Positions 38,791 to 50,489 of a stretch of DNA of 64,000 nucleotides are shown here, in pieces. Location of the stretch: NCBI GenBank assembly GCA_963796275.1, contig CAWCKY010000003.1:256001-320000 (forward strand), in the 5' to 3' direction. The notes below the pieces were generated by a model. The model had not been told where the DNA came from, made no database searches, and worked only from the letters and a program-made list of their open reading frames with translations. A program made the translations under genes and the position numbers. The number at the start of each line of letters is the position of its first letter. Position 1 is the stretch's first letter. The DNA is from an uncultured Acidobacteriota bacterium (GTDB lineage Bacteria; Acidobacteriota; Blastocatellia; RBC074).

Positions 38791-39839
38791 TCAGGGAAAA
38801 TATCCCGCTTGCTCCTTTCACGACGCTCCGGATCGGCGGGCCGGCGCGCTACTTAGCCGGCGCGCGGAATGAAGATGAACTATTCGAAACCCTCGCATTC
38901 GCCGCAAATCTCGGACTGCCGGTCTTCATACTCGGCGGAGGAAGCAATTTGCTGGTCGCCGATGAAGGTTATCCGGGATTGGTCTTGCATATCGTAATCA
39001 AAGGTATCAACTGGTCGACCGATGGTATGGTGACAGCGACCGCCGGCGAGGATTGGGATGAGTTTGTAGCGCAATGCGTTGAGCGTGATCTGGCCGGAAT
39101 TGAATGTTTGAGCGGTATCCCGGGGCTGGTTGGCGGGACGCCCGTGCAGAATGTGGGGGCGTATGGCCAGGAGGTTAGCGAGACAATCACCTCCGTCCGA
39201 GTCTACGACCGTTTGGCGAAACAGATCGTTGATTTGAGCAATGCCGGCTGCCGCTTCGGGTATCGCGCGAGTATATTTAACACCAGCGAGCGCGACCGTT
39301 ATATAGTCCTCGCTGCTACTTTCGCTTTGAAGGCGTATGGCGAGCCAGCTATCCGCTATCCCGACCTCGATAAGATATTTGCAGGTTCTTCGGCGAAACC
39401 GGGGTTGAAGGACGTCCGCGAGGCAGTTAGATCGATCCGCTCGCGCAAGGCGATGCTGCTCGTGCCGGGCGAGCCGGATGCCTGCAGCGCCGGGTCTTTT
39501 TTCAAGAATCCGGTCGTCACGGCCGCATTTTTCGCGCGGATGACGGAAGATGCCAGGTCGCATAATGCAATTGCGAGCGATCAGGAGGTTCCGCATTACT
39601 CGGTTGCCGCTGGCAAAGTGAAAGTGCCCGCGGGCTGGTTGATCGAGCATGCGGGAATTCCAAGAGGATATACGAGGGGGCGGGCCGGGATATCTTCCAA
39701 ACATTCACTGGCGATCATCAATCGCGGTGGGGCGACGGCGAGGGAAATCCTGGGATTGGCAACAGAGATACAGGAGCGCGTGCAGGCGAAATTCGGAGTT
39801 TTTCTGCAGCCTGAGCCCGTTTTCGTGGGGTTTGAATAG
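38787..39839 (+). CDS. murB: UDP-N-acetylmuramate dehydrogenase
   Basis: GGGSN, GIPG.VGG.PVQNVGAYG, GSFFKNP and LQPEP motifs. Confidence 0.95.
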   Translation: MIRENIPLAPFTTLRIGGPARYLAGARNEDELFETLAFAANLGLPVFILGGGSNLLVADEGYPGLVLHIVIKGINWSTDGMVTATAGEDWDEFVAQCVERDLAGIECLSGIPGLVGGTPVQNVGAYGQEVSETITSVRVYDRLAKQIVDLSNAGCRFGYRASIFNTSERDRYIVLAATFALKAYGEPAIRYPDLDKIFAGSSAKPGLKDVREAVRSIRSRKAMLLVPGEPDACSAGSFFKNPVVTAAFFARMTEDARSHNAIASDQEVPHYSVAAGKVKVPAGWLIEHAGIPRGYTRGRAGISSKHSLAIINRGGATAREILGLATEIQERVQAKFGVFLQPEPVFVGFE

Positions 39840-39854
39840 GTTGGTAACCCAAAT

Positions 39855-42110
39855 TTATACCTTGGAAGGTCCTTTCCCGCTTACCGGCTCGATATCGACC
39901 ATAGTGTTGTAATCAGGTACGCCGCTTTCTGGATCGCATACGCCGCGTTTAATCAGCACATTGCCTTCCGGCCAGTGTGCCTGGACATTGCCGGGCGCGA
40001 TCGGCGCTATTCGACAGGATCCTTGCAATTGGCCTGATTCGCTTCGGACTACAACTGCGTCGCCGTCTTTCAATCCCAGCCTCTGAGCATCGGCCAGACT
40101 CATCAGGATATCGTCGCGCATAAAACTATTCAGCGGGTCGCGCTCATGATGAACGATGCTGTTGAATTGTTTGCCACGCCTCGTGGATAGCCGCAGCTTG
40201 CCCTCCTTCGCCGTGGCTTCGACCTCAATCGCCGAAAATTTCGCGCATCCATCTCCGGTTGGAAAATCAGGCGTTATCTCTCCCTGATCGTTACGGAGTT
40301 CGCAGAGTCGTTCACCGCCCCATTGAACCTGGTCGCCCGCCTGCTTCAGGTGTTGAATGCCGTCATATAAGGGGACGACACGCGCAATCTCGTTGCGTAT
40401 CGCTTGTGCGTTTTCGAAGTGGATCAGCCTGGCCGATTCGGGCTTTGCGCGTTCGGCGATCAACATAGGTATTTCCCATTCGGGTTTCGACTCGCCGATT
40501 CGGCGGCCCGGGATCTCGGGGCTGAAGAGAATTCTGCGTTCGGTAGATGTCTCTGTCCCTCCGCCGCGTTGTTCGTAGCGAGTCTGCGCCGGGAGCAGCA
40601 GCACCACTTCGCGCGGGGCGACCAGCATCTGCGGGCTGAGCACGATGTCCTGATGGACTCGCGCGGGCAGGCGCTCGATGCTCTCGCGCACATAGCCGGG
40701 ATCGGGAAGAGTTTCGAGGAAATTCCCGCCGCTGATGTAGAACCAATCGATCTCGCCCTCATGCGCGGCGTCGATCATCTCGACGGCATTCAAACCGCGT
40801 TGTGGAGATAGAGCAAACCCCCATAATTCGCTGAGCCGCGCGGCGCTTTCTCGGTCGATCGCAATGCCGCCCGGGAACAGATTGGGAGCCGAGCCCACTT
40901 CAGCACCGCCCTGCACTCCGGAATGTCCTCTAATCGCCATCAAACCGCTTTTAGGTTTACCGATGTAGCCGCGGACGAGCGCGAGGTCGACGATCGCGCG
41001 CACGTTCGCCACTCCATCGCTGTGCTGTGTGATTCCCATCGACCAGATGAATACCGCGCTGCGCGCTCGCGCGAGCATCCGGGCAAACCGCAGCATCTCA
41101 TCGCGGCTGGCGCCCGATTCGGCCTCGAGCAACTCCCATGTTTGGCCAGCCAGTCTCGCCTTCAGTTCATGGAAGCCGGTAGTGTGGCGCTCGATGAAAG
41201 CATCGTCCGCCCATCCGTTCTCGACCAGGTGTTTGATTACGCCGGCGATGAATGGTTTATCGCCACCTGTGTGAACCTGAAATATCTCGTCGGCAATCTT
41301 CGTTCCGAAGAGCGCGCTCTCGGCGACCGAAGGAATCCAGTAGCGCTCGAGCCCCGGTTCCCGGTAGGGATTTATCACGGCAACGCGCGCGCCCTGTTGT
41401 TTGGCGTAGTAGATGTATTTTGTCGTCACCGGTTGATTGTTCGGCGTATTGCTGCCGAAAAAAACGAGCAGATCGGATCCGATCCAGTCCCTGTATGAGC
41501 AGGTCGACGCCGGGACGCCGAGCGATTGTTTCAATGCCACCGTGGAAGGCGCGTGGCAGATGCGCGATGAATTATCGATGTTGTTCGTGCCGAGGAAGCG
41601 GGCGGCTTTTTGTGCAACGTAATACGACTCGTTAGTCAATCCGCGTGATGTGAGGTAAAAAGCCATGCGATCGGGCGTCGTTGCCACAGCGCGTGAAGCT
41701 GCGATATCCAAGGCTGCATCCCAGGCGATGCGCCTGAAACCTCGCTCGCCTCGGTGCCGAACGAGCGGATAAGGCAATCGTCCCAGCTGCCGCAGCTCTG
41801 CGGCTGACATAGATGCGAGCTCTGTAGCATCTTCGAGGCGTTTGATATCGAGCGCGGGCATCGTATTGAGCCGCATGAGATCGAGCCGGACCATGCACAG
41901 GTGCACGCCTTCCATCGTGAAATCGCGGATGCCGGTCGTACCGAGCGCGCATCCATCGCACACACCCCGGGTAAGTATGCGCCATGCATACGGCAACTGA
42001 TCGCGGTTGCGCCAAACTACTTTCGCCATTTCGAGGTAATGGTTCGGTTTGACCTGCCCGATCCCGTTAGGCATAAGGCTTACCCAGTTATTTTTGTTCC
42101 ATCTTCCCAT
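39855..42110 (-). CDS. FdhF/YdeP family molybdopterin oxidoreductase
   Basis: [31 protein letters not shown] and RRGKQFNS motifs; Cys rather than Sec ligand. Confidence 0.9.
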   Translation of the reverse strand: MGRWNKNNWVSLMPNGIGQVKPNHYLEMAKVVWRNRDQLPYAWRILTRGVCDGCALGTTGIRDFTMEGVHLCMVRLDLMRLNTMPALDIKRLEDATELASMSAAELRQLGRLPYPLVRHRGERGFRRIAWDAALDIAASRAVATTPDRMAFYLTSRGLTNESYYVAQKAARFLGTNNIDNSSRICHAPSTVALKQSLGVPASTCSYRDWIGSDLLVFFGSNTPNNQPVTTKYIYYAKQQGARVAVINPYREPGLERYWIPSVAESALFGTKIADEIFQVHTGGDKPFIAGVIKHLVENGWADDAFIERHTTGFHELKARLAGQTWELLEAESGASRDEMLRFARMLARARSAVFIWSMGITQHSDGVANVRAIVDLALVRGYIGKPKSGLMAIRGHSGVQGGAEVGSAPNLFPGGIAIDRESAARLSELWGFALSPQRGLNAVEMIDAAHEGEIDWFYISGGNFLETLPDPGYVRESIERLPARVHQDIVLSPQMLVAPREVVLLLPAQTRYEQRGGGTETSTERRILFSPEIPGRRIGESKPEWEIPMLIAERAKPESARLIHFENAQAIRNEIARVVPLYDGIQHLKQAGDQVQWGGERLCELRNDQGEITPDFPTGDGCAKFSAIEVEATAKEGKLRLSTRRGKQFNSIVHHERDPLNSFMRDDILMSLADAQRLGLKDGDAVVVRSESGQLQGSCRIAPIAPGNVQAHWPEGNVLIKRGVCDPESGVPDYNTMVDIEPVSGKGPSKV

Positions 42111-42323
42111 GTCCGATATCTGAAGTCAGAGCGATGCTATCTGTCAACTTTATGATAAACTAATTAAAGTCTAATTGAGACTTAGACAAGCAGACTGTGG
42201 ATTGGCACTGTGGATTGGCACTGATGAAAGGATTTTTTCAGATTGATTCCGTGCTCATCCCTTGCGTCAGTTTCGATACGTTGGTTGGTATCGCCGGTCT
42301 TAAAGTTTATCAGGCGCATTATT

Positions 42324-43658
42324 ATGAACGCGCTGGGACACAAGTTAATCGCCGCGGCCACGCTTTTTTTCTTGATGTTTACCGCTCAGCTCGCGGCAAC
42401 CGGAGAGGTGCTCCGCCTCAAGATCGATGATCAAATAACTCCAGCGAGCGCCCAGGTGATCATTTCCGCTATCGACCGCGCCGAACGAGAAAGAGCCGTC
42501 GCACTGGTCATCGCTCTCAATACTCCTGGTGGGCTGGAGACCTCGATGCGCGAGATCGTTTCACGAATTATCACTTCGCGCGTACCGGTCATCGTATACG
42601 TCGCACCGAGCGGTTCGCGCGCCGCCTCAGCCGGATTCGTCATCCTACTCGCTGCCGATATCGCGGCAATGGCCCCGGGTACTGCCACAGGCGCAGCGCA
42701 TCCGGTGCTCTCTGGAGGCGGCGAGATGACCAAAACCCTGACGGAAAAAATCCTCAGCGATGCGTCAGCATTGGTGCGCAATCTGGCCGAGAAACGCAAC
42801 CGCGACTCCCGGGCCGCGGAATCTGCGGTCCGCCAGAGCGTCTCCTTCACTGATAGCGAAGCCCTGGAGAAACAGCTTATTGAAATCATCGCGCGCGATG
42901 AAACCGATCTGCTCGCGCAAGTTAATGGGCGCACCATTACGCGTTTCGATGGCGGCAAGCTCGTTTTACAGACCGCCGGTGAGAATCAGGTAGACATCAC
43001 TCCGACCTTCAGGCAGCGGTTTTTGATGTGGCTGGTCGATCCGCGCGTCGCCTTCGTACTTTTCGCACTGGGGATGCTCTGCATCTACTTCGAGTTTCAG
43101 CATCCGGGCATCATCGCGCCCGGCGTAGTCGGCGCGGTTTCGATCGTGCTCGCTCTCTACGGTTTTCATATGCTGCCGATCAATCTGACCGGAGTGCTGC
43201 TCATAGTTGTAGCGCTTGGGCTCTTCGTGCTGGAAGCGAAAGTGCAAAGCTTCGGCGTATTGGGCCTCGGGGGAACCCTGGCGGCGGTGATCGGATCGCT
43301 CATTCTGATCGATCTACCCAATCCCGAATTGAGGCTGCCGCTCGGGCTGGTGCTTGCAGTAGTGTTCCCGTTCGCGCTGATTTTGATAGTTATGATCAGA
43401 CTGGCTCTGCGGGCGCGCAGCACCAGGATCTCTACCGGCGTGGACGGAATGATCGGCCTGCGAGGTTATGCCGAGACTCCGATCGAGCCCGAAGGACGGG
43501 TCTTTGTGCGCGGAGAGCTATGGCGCGCGCGGTCAAAAGTCAAAATTGCGCCGGGGGAAGGCGTGCGTATTACCCGAGTTGATGGACTTACCCTTGAAGT
43601 TGACCTCGCAGAGAAAGAGGTTGCACCCAAAAGAGTATCTGCGGTTGATGGTGAGTAA
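42324..43658 (+). CDS. nfeD: NfeD family membrane serine protease
   Basis: NTPGG, RAASAG, AMAPGT..GAAHP, TM region and C-terminal G.V...GELWRA OB-fold. Confidence 0.9.
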   Translation: MNALGHKLIAAATLFFLMFTAQLAATGEVLRLKIDDQITPASAQVIISAIDRAERERAVALVIALNTPGGLETSMREIVSRIITSRVPVIVYVAPSGSRAASAGFVILLAADIAAMAPGTATGAAHPVLSGGGEMTKTLTEKILSDASALVRNLAEKRNRDSRAAESAVRQSVSFTDSEALEKQLIEIIARDETDLLAQVNGRTITRFDGGKLVLQTAGENQVDITPTFRQRFLMWLVDPRVAFVLFALGMLCIYFEFQHPGIIAPGVVGAVSIVLALYGFHMLPINLTGVLLIVVALGLFVLEAKVQSFGVLGLGGTLAAVIGSLILIDLPNPELRLPLGLVLAVVFPFALILIVMIRLALRARSTRISTGVDGMIGLRGYAETPIEPEGRVFVRGELWRARSKVKIAPGEGVRITRVDGLTLEVDLAEKEVAPKRVSAVDGE

Positions 43659-43660
43659 GA

Positions 43661-43726
43661 TTCAGTTTTAGTTTTCGGCAGGAGCTCACAACAACTGAAA
43701 ACTTGGTAAATTGAAACTGAAAACTT
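43661..43726. repeat. degenerate inverted heptamer arms
   Basis: ttcagttttagttttcgg...aactgaaaact...gaaactgaaaact between nfeD and the slipin gene. Confidence 0.75.
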
Positions 43727-43745
43727 TAATCCGGAGGAGGTCGAT

Positions 43746-44555
43746 ATGTTATCAGAATTTCTGACATTCCCGATCATTGGGTTCCTGATACTATTTATCT
43801 ATCTGTTGAGCGTCATCAATATCATTCCGGAGTATGAACGTGGGGTCGTTTTTCGATTAGGCCGTTTGCTGCCTCAGGCGAAAGGGCCGGGTATCGTTCT
43901 TGTCTTTCGGCCGATCGACCGTCTGGTGCGCGTCAGCCTGAGGACGGTCGCCATGGATGTCCCGCCGCAGGATGTGATCACGCGGGATAATGTCACCGTT
44001 TCGGTCAACGCGGTGGTCTATTTCCGCGTTCTCGAACCGCGCCTGGCTATCGTCGAGGTCGAAAATTACCTCTATGCTACATCGCAGCTCGCGCAGACGA
44101 CGCTGAGATCCGTGCTGGGTGAGGCGGAGCTGGATGAATTGTTGTCCGCGCGCGAGAAGCTGAATGCGCGGCTTCAGGACATACTCGACCGTCACACCGA
44201 TCAATGGGGGATCAAGGTATCGCTGGTTGAGATCAAGGCGGTCGATCTGCCGCAGGAGATGCGGCGCGCTATGTCGCGGCAGGCGGAGGCTGAACGCGAA
44301 AAGCGCGCGAAGATTATCCACGCCGAAGGCGAATTCCAGGCTGCCGAGAAACTTGTAAGAGCGGCTAACGCGATCGCCGCCGAGCCTGTCGCCTTGCAGT
44401 TACGTTATTTGCAGACATTGACCGAAATCGGCGTCGAAAGAAATACTACCGTAGTCTTCCCAGTCCCGATTAATCTGGTAGAGGCGTTATTGGACCGTAG
44501 AGAGAAGGTGGGAGAATTGAAAATGGATCGTCGTGAAGCGGCTGGAATTTCGTAA
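43746..44555 (+). CDS. SPFH/stomatin (slipin) family protein
   Basis: [25 protein letters not shown] and QAEAERE motifs; usual partner of NfeD. Confidence 0.93.
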   Translation: MLSEFLTFPIIGFLILFIYLLSVINIIPEYERGVVFRLGRLLPQAKGPGIVLVFRPIDRLVRVSLRTVAMDVPPQDVITRDNVTVSVNAVVYFRVLEPRLAIVEVENYLYATSQLAQTTLRSVLGEAELDELLSAREKLNARLQDILDRHTDQWGIKVSLVEIKAVDLPQEMRRAMSRQAEAEREKRAKIIHAEGEFQAAEKLVRAANAIAAEPVALQLRYLQTLTEIGVERNTTVVFPVPINLVEALLDRREKVGELKMDRREAAGIS

Positions 44556-44679
44556 TCGATAGTCATAAAGAAGATAGTCATAAGAAAACTATGCTCACCA
44601 GCGTTCTTCAGCCAGCTTTAGATAGTTTAGAGGTTAACGGCAAATGCCGGCAACAATACATAGTGTAGCGCCGTAAGAT

Positions 44680-45921
44680 TCAGTGTTTAGTCGCAAAAAT
44701 GGGAAAGATTTTCTCGAACAGATAGTCTTTGATCTCCCGATCCAATCTCCTCGTATCTTTGCTCGTATCTTTCTCGGTCGGTATGGCGTGCGTGTTGAAA
44801 GCGACGATGTAGGCTGTTCGGGTATCCGGGCGAATGTAGAAGTGCGAGATGAAGCCATTCTGAGTGCCGCTGTGGCCTATGAAACGCTGGTCGAAATTCT
44901 CCTCAATAAAAAAGGTCAGCCCGATGGCGTCTTTCCGGTTATGTCCCTCGGGTTCTACGAGCGCACCGGGATCGAGAGCGATCTGCGGCTGGAACATCTC
45001 TTCCATCGACGATCGTTTCAACACCAGATCGTAAGTAGCACTTTTCTTCTTGTCCCCTGTAAGAAAATTTATGTATTTGACCATGTCGGGCAGCGGCGCA
45101 TTGAGGCCGCCGTTCGAGACGGTAACGCCGGTGTCGGCGTCAAATCTGCCCGGCGTCAGTTTGCCTTCCTTTAAATAGTAACTGTGTGAGCGGTGCCTTA
45201 GCAGATGCTGTGGGGTCGTATCGAAATAAGCGCGATACATTTCGAGCGGCTTGAAGATGTTTTTGTCGATGTAAATTTCATAATCGTCTTTGGTGATCAG
45301 CTCGATGATGCGCCCAAGGAAGATGATGCCGGGGTTGGAATAGCTGAATTTCGATCCGGGCTCAAACAAAATTTCCGTATAAGGCATCATCGCCACGAGC
45401 TGCGACCAATGTTGCGGCTCGTGCGGATGCCAGTCTTTGTCGCCGCCCCAGGGCCAGGTCGGCGCGCGAAAACCGGCCGTATGCGACAGCAGATGCTTGA
45501 TCGTGATGCGGCTCATGTCGCCGAATGGATTGTGAACGGCTTTGAGTTCCGGCAGATATTTGATTATCGGATCGTCCAGTTTCAACAGGCCGCGATCGCG
45601 CAGCTGCATGATCGCGATGCCGGTAAAGGTCTTCGTAATCGATGCCCAATGATAAATCGTGTTCTCGTCCACCGGTTGCCTTTTTTCCTGATTGGCTAGG
45701 CCGAAGAATTCCTGCGCAACCACCCGGCCATCGTGTACCAGCATAAAACTGCTGCCCGCAATTCCATGTTTGCGCATTGACTGCTCATAAAAGGTTTTGA
45801 ATTCGACTTGTACCTGGGCGAAGTTTTTAATTGATTGGCTAAGAAACATATTTGATGACGTAATCAGAATGGCGGTTAGAAACAAGGTTACTGGTGCAAT
45901 TGAGCTCAATCTGTTTTTCAT
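44680..45921 (-). CDS. serine hydrolase (beta-lactamase class C-like)
   Basis: SITK, LLSHTAG, YSN and GHSG motifs; signal peptide. Confidence 0.88.
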   Translation of the reverse strand: MKNRLSSIAPVTLFLTAILITSSNMFLSQSIKNFAQVQVEFKTFYEQSMRKHGIAGSSFMLVHDGRVVAQEFFGLANQEKRQPVDENTIYHWASITKTFTGIAIMQLRDRGLLKLDDPIIKYLPELKAVHNPFGDMSRITIKHLLSHTAGFRAPTWPWGGDKDWHPHEPQHWSQLVAMMPYTEILFEPGSKFSYSNPGIIFLGRIIELITKDDYEIYIDKNIFKPLEMYRAYFDTTPQHLLRHRSHSYYLKEGKLTPGRFDADTGVTVSNGGLNAPLPDMVKYINFLTGDKKKSATYDLVLKRSSMEEMFQPQIALDPGALVEPEGHNRKDAIGLTFFIEENFDQRFIGHSGTQNGFISHFYIRPDTRTAYIVAFNTHAIPTEKDTSKDTRRLDREIKDYLFEKIFPIFATKH

Positions 45922-46094
45922 CGGCGTACCTGTCTGAATGAACTTTGGTTTTTGGCGCTTTCCCAATGGATTTTCCCATCCGCAGGTCGTTATGACAATT
46001 GCAACGGCGATTGACGTCACGCCGTAATTGGGTTATGAAGTTGCTCGTTGTCACGCAATAACCAATTCAAATCCGATCATCAGGACAAAAAACG

Positions 46095-46994
46095 ATGCGC
46101 GAAAAATCACGACGCGATTTTTTACGGGCGAGCCTGGCTGCCGCTGGTTCAGTGGCAATTGCCGATGCGGGAGACATCGTCTCCGCTTCGGCCGAGGAGA
46201 TAGATAATCCTGCATTGGGGGGCGGCGGATTCAAACTCGGGCTTGTGACCTACAATCTGGCCAAAGACTGGGACATTCCGGCGATCATCAAGAATTGTGA
46301 GGAGACCGGATTCGAAGCCGTCGAACTGCGCACAACTCACAAACACGGCGTCGAGCCGTCCTTGAGCAAAGAGCAGCGGACCGAAGTCAAAAACCGTTTT
46401 GCCGAGACCAGGGTTCGACTGCTCAGCCTCGGCTCTACTTGCGAATTCCATTCACCCGATCAATCAACCGTGCGCAAAAACGTCGACGAATGCAAACGCT
46501 TCATCGAACTCGCTCACGATATCGGCGCGATCGGGGTGAAAGTTCGTCCCAACGGGATTCCGAAAGAGGTTCCCGAAGAAAAGACGATCGCGCAAATCGG
46601 CGCGGCTCTGCGACAGTGCGGCGATTTCGCAAAAGGTACAGGCGTCGAAGTCTGGGTCGAAGTTCACGGTCGCGATTCGAGCCAGCCGTCGCGGATGGCG
46701 AAAATGATGAAGGCAGCCGATCATCCGCAGGTCGCCGTCTGCTGGAACTCGAATCAGGAAGACGTGACGAACGGATCGGTCAATCAGAGCTTCGCGCTCC
46801 TGAAACCGTGGCTGCGCAGCGCGCACATCAATGAATTGTGGAAACCGGAATACCCATGGCGTGAATTGTTCGGGTTGATGAAAGAGGCCGGATACAATCG
46901 TTACTGCCTGGCCGAAATCCCGGAGACATCGGATCCGGTCAGGTTGATGCGATATTACCGGGCGTTATGGCTGGAATTTAGCCGTTCCAAATAA
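46095..46994 (+). CDS. Tat-exported sugar-phosphate isomerase/epimerase-like TIM barrel
   Basis: SRRDFL Tat signal; GFEAVELR and EVHG motifs. Confidence 0.8.
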   Translation: MREKSRRDFLRASLAAAGSVAIADAGDIVSASAEEIDNPALGGGGFKLGLVTYNLAKDWDIPAIIKNCEETGFEAVELRTTHKHGVEPSLSKEQRTEVKNRFAETRVRLLSLGSTCEFHSPDQSTVRKNVDECKRFIELAHDIGAIGVKVRPNGIPKEVPEEKTIAQIGAALRQCGDFAKGTGVEVWVEVHGRDSSQPSRMAKMMKAADHPQVAVCWNSNQEDVTNGSVNQSFALLKPWLRSAHINELWKPEYPWRELFGLMKEAGYNRYCLAEIPETSDPVRLMRYYRALWLEFSRSK

Positions 46995-47008
46995 CGACGG
47001 GATTTCTG

Positions 47009-47587
47009 TTAGAAATCGAAAGCCTCTTTCAGCTTATCAACTCGCTTTCCCAGCTCAAGCCGAATCTCCGCCTTGATCGCTCCCCACGTCGTCGGATGGT
47101 CTGGCTCGCCTTCGAAATAGAAAGGGCAGGGAGCTGGGGCGACCTCGCGCTGCACTTCGGCCAGATCTGTCGGGTCGATAGGAAAGACAGTACATGGCGG
47201 TGGCGCGTGCTTCTTTGATGTATAGATCATGCAGGCCGTCGTCTGTTCATTCTCGTAGAAGAAGGGACAGCGGAAAACTATTTTGCAGCAAAGGCCGCAG
47301 CGGTTGCAGCCGCCGCGTTGATATGGCTTCCAGCGATAGAGGATCTTATCGGGCAGTATCTGTGCCAGCACCCACCGCCGCGTCGCGCCATAGGAGTGCT
47401 TTGTATATAAAAATCCGGTGAGTTTGCGAAATCCGATGTAGGCTTTCTTCTGGTAAATCTGTTTATCAGTGAGCACAGGAAGCCCGATTACCGAACTATC
47501 AGTTTCTTCAGCGGCAGTCGATGAGGATTTTTTCAATGGTTCGATCTGTACGAGTCGAGTGGGAGGAGGATTCGTATTATGCTCCAT
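47009..47587 (-). CDS. cysteine-cluster protein (YkgJ/CxxCxxCC-like)
   Basis: CNRCGLCC...CPF...CMIY...P..C..FP...CPF. Confidence 0.65.
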   Translation of the reverse strand: MEHNTNPPPTRLVQIEPLKKSSSTAAEETDSSVIGLPVLTDKQIYQKKAYIGFRKLTGFLYTKHSYGATRRWVLAQILPDKILYRWKPYQRGGCNRCGLCCKIVFRCPFFYENEQTTACMIYTSKKHAPPPCTVFPIDPTDLAEVQREVAPAPCPFYFEGEPDHPTTWGAIKAEIRLELGKRVDKLKEAFDF

Positions 47588-47919
47588 TCAATTACCTCTA
47601 AAATTTATCATTATAAGAATGCTAGTGATGAATTATTGCTGAACACACATAGCCGTCTTTATCTTAATCTTGAGAATCGAGACTAATCCGAATTGGGTGA
47701 AGATTGCAAATGCAGTCAACAGTCGTGTGCGATCTTAGCACTTATCGTTTGTGGTAGACAAACCGTCATATATTGGTATTGCGGCTACAATGAAAGCCAG
47801 AAGATTAACCCGCATTTGACTTGAATCAGATTGGCTAAGGAAGTAGTATGCCTTCATCTAATGTAAAACTTGTTTGCGGTCCTGGGAAACATTTGATCTT
47901 CACTAGAAGAGAGGTATTT

Positions 47920-48228
47920 ATGAGACACCCCAACGCTGTTTCTCTGGCTAGACGTTTGTTGGATTCACGCCTCAGACGTCAGGCGATTACTGGATTCGAA
48001 ACGGACATTCTGCATCAAATCACCGATGAGGAGATCGAATGGGCGCTGGACATCCTTGCTACCCATCTAGATGCCTGTATGCGACACGGGGTTCATCCCG
48101 ATCTCAGCGAGGCCGTTGAAGATGCGCTCGATTTCGCCCAGCGCCGTGAGAAAGCTTACGAGCCGATTCCGCAGGGACTGCGGTGGCAGGGCGCTTTGGT
48201 CGTTTTGGAGGAGCGTGACGCCGACTAG
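47920..48228 (+). CDS. hypothetical protein
   Basis: GAGG RBS before ATG 47920; helical acidic protein; candidate promoter TTGAAT-17-TAGTAT from 47821. Confidence 0.6.
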   Translation: MRHPNAVSLARRLLDSRLRRQAITGFETDILHQITDEEIEWALDILATHLDACMRHGVHPDLSEAVEDALDFAQRREKAYEPIPQGLRWQGALVVLEERDAD

Positions 48229-48289
48229 AACGTTTATCAACAAAGGACATTGACCACGAATAATAGGAAGAACGAGTAGTCCAAATGCC

Positions 48290-48322
48290 TTGGGGGACAA
48301 CAATCTGTCTGTCCCCCTTTTT
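48290..48322. terminator. hairpin between convergent genes
   Basis: GGGGGACA-acaatctgtc-TGTCCCCC followed by T5. Confidence 0.55.
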
Positions 48323-48338
48323 GCATAACGGCGACCTT

Positions 48339-50489
48339 CTATCCGACTCGCGCCAACCCGAACCGCGGCTGGCTTCGCACGTGCTGAATGAGCCGATCGG
48401 TCTCGCGCGTACGACCCTTTTCATTGAGCAGATAATCGGCCTCACGCCGCGCCATTTCCAGAATTTTCTGATCCCGAACTATATTGGCGATGCGGAATGC
48501 CGGTATGCCTGATTGCCGCGTCCCCATTACCTCACCTGGCCCACGGATCTCCAGATCCTTCTCTGCGATTTTGAATCCATCCGTCGTCTCCTCCATTATC
48601 TTCAATCGCTCGCGCGCTTCTTTCGTCTTGTTGAATTGCGTAAGCAATATGCAGAAGCTCTCTGCGGCGCCCCGCCCCACGCGTCCGCGCAATTGATGGA
48701 GTTGAGAGAGGCCGAATCTCTCGGCGTGTTCGATTAGCATGACCGAGGCGTTGGGCACATCCACGCCGACCTCGATCACCGTCGTCGCGACCAGTATCTG
48801 GATTTTGTTCCCGCTGAACGCCTGCATCACTTCTTCTTTCTCCGCAGGTTTCATCTTGCCGTGCAGCAGGCCCACGTTAAATTCAGGGAATATTTCAGTC
48901 TTCAAATTCTGGTACATCTCGGTCGCGTTTCGCAGATCGAGTTTCTCGGATTCCTCGATGATCGGATAGACGACATAAGCCTGGCGGCCTTTTTTGACCT
49001 CTTCCCGGATGAAGTCATAAATCTTCGCGCGCCGATCATCGCCGCGCACGTGCGTTGAAATGGGAGTGCGCCCGGGCGGCATTTCGTCGATCACCGATAC
49101 CTCCAGATCGCCATATACCGTCATCGCCAGACTCCGCGGGATCGGCGTAGCAGTCATCACCAGGACATCCGGATTCATCCCGCGGCGTCGTATCTCCGCG
49201 CGCTGCATAACTCCGAATCGGTGTTGTTCGTCGATTACTATCAGCCCGAGCTTTTTGAACTGCACCGCCTCCTGTATCAGAGCGTGTGTACCGGCTACGA
49301 GATCGACATCGCCCGCAACAATGGCATCCTGGATCGCACGCTTCTCTTTGGCTCTCAGACTGCCTGTCAGCAATTCAACCCGGTATGTCGTCTGTGCCAG
49401 CCAGCGCCTGATGTTGCGGGCGTGCTGTTCGGCCAGGATTTCAGTCGGAGCCATGAGCGCAGTCTGGTATCCGTTCTCGATCGCTATGACCATCGCCTGC
49501 ACGGCAACAATGGTTTTACCGCTGCCGACATCGCCCTGCAGCAGGCGATTCATGGGCATATCACTGGTCATATCGTCGACGATCTCTTTGAGCGTGCGTT
49601 TCTGCGCATCGGTTGGGCTGAAAGGTAAGATGGAGCGTACTGCTTCGCGCACCCGGTCGGTGATCTCGATGGCAGCGCCTTTCGGCTCGCTTATCCGCTC
49701 GCCGCGCCTGACTCCCAGGGCGATGGCCAACCAGAAGAACTCCTCGAATATCAAGCGCCGGTGCGCGGGAGAGCGCGCCAGATTGTAGTCGTCGATCGCC
49801 ATGTCCTCGGCCGGGAAGTGTGCGTTCTGAAGCGCCTCGACGCGCGGAATGAGATGACTGCGTGAGATCGTTTCAGCCGGCAGAGATTCCGGGATCTCCT
49901 TTTCCAGGTTGTTGAGGACGTGGTGGAAGATCGAGCGCAATTGGCGAGTGCGAAAATCGCCGAGTTTGCGGTAGATAGGCACTCGGCGCGCCGTGTGGAT
50001 CGCCGCGGTATCCTTGTCGTCATCATCGTAGGTCAATATTTCGTATTCGGGATTTTCGACCTCAAAGTAGCCCTTGTACCGGTTCAGTTTCCAATTGCCG
50101 TAGATGATCACCCGTGTGCCGCGTGAGAAGATTTTGTTCAGATATATCTGATTCCACCAATAGGCGCGAATCTGCCCCTCGCCATCGGTGGCTATGAACT
50201 CATACATCTTGAGACGGCCGCCTTTGAGCGGGATGATCCCGCCGACGCGCACCATAACTTCCACCGAAGCAGGCTGGCCATCTTGCAATTGGGAGATACG
50301 CGCGAGGTTGGATCTGTCCTCATATCGCATTGGAAGGTAATGGAGCAGGTCTTCGACGGTGGCATCGCGCGGGTCAGGTCTGGCGGAGATGGTCGATATT
50401 TCGACGGCCAACCCGTGCGCAGTCTTCTGGCCGATGCGCGGCAGGCTGTGGTGGTGAAGTTCGACGAGCGGTGTTTCGAGTTTCAGCAA
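48339..50489 (-). CDS. recG: ATP-dependent DNA helicase RecG
   Basis: QGDVGSGKT, DEQH, TATPIPR, QLRGRVGRG and DLEIRGPGE motifs. Confidence 0.97.
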   Translation of the reverse strand: MLKLETPLVELHHHSLPRIGQKTAHGLAVEISTISARPDPRDATVEDLLHYLPMRYEDRSNLARISQLQDGQPASVEVMVRVGGIIPLKGGRLKMYEFIATDGEGQIRAYWWNQIYLNKIFSRGTRVIIYGNWKLNRYKGYFEVENPEYEILTYDDDDKDTAAIHTARRVPIYRKLGDFRTRQLRSIFHHVLNNLEKEIPESLPAETISRSHLIPRVEALQNAHFPAEDMAIDDYNLARSPAHRRLIFEEFFWLAIALGVRRGERISEPKGAAIEITDRVREAVRSILPFSPTDAQKRTLKEIVDDMTSDMPMNRLLQGDVGSGKTIVAVQAMVIAIENGYQTALMAPTEILAEQHARNIRRWLAQTTYRVELLTGSLRAKEKRAIQDAIVAGDVDLVAGTHALIQEAVQFKKLGLIVIDEQHRFGVMQRAEIRRRGMNPDVLVMTATPIPRSLAMTVYGDLEVSVIDEMPPGRTPISTHVRGDDRRAKIYDFIREEVKKGRQAYVVYPIIEESEKLDLRNATEMYQNLKTEIFPEFNVGLLHGKMKPAEKEEVMQAFSGNKIQILVATTVIEVGVDVPNASVMLIEHAERFGLSQLHQLRGRVGRGAAESFCILLTQFNKTKEARERLKIMEETTDGFKIAEKDLEIRGPGEVMGTRQSGIPAFRIANIVRDQKILEMARREADYLLNEKGRTRETDRLIQHVRSQPRFGLARVG

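Noticed and set aside
39855-42110. Second selenoprotein (formate dehydrogenase-like)
   Set aside because: The frame is open with Cys in RICH and has no in-frame UGA; it is a YdeP-type protein.
44559-44680. GATAGTCATAA direct repeat and a 25-codon ORF between convergent genes
   Set aside because: Only two copies, no RBS or recognisable motif; insufficient support.
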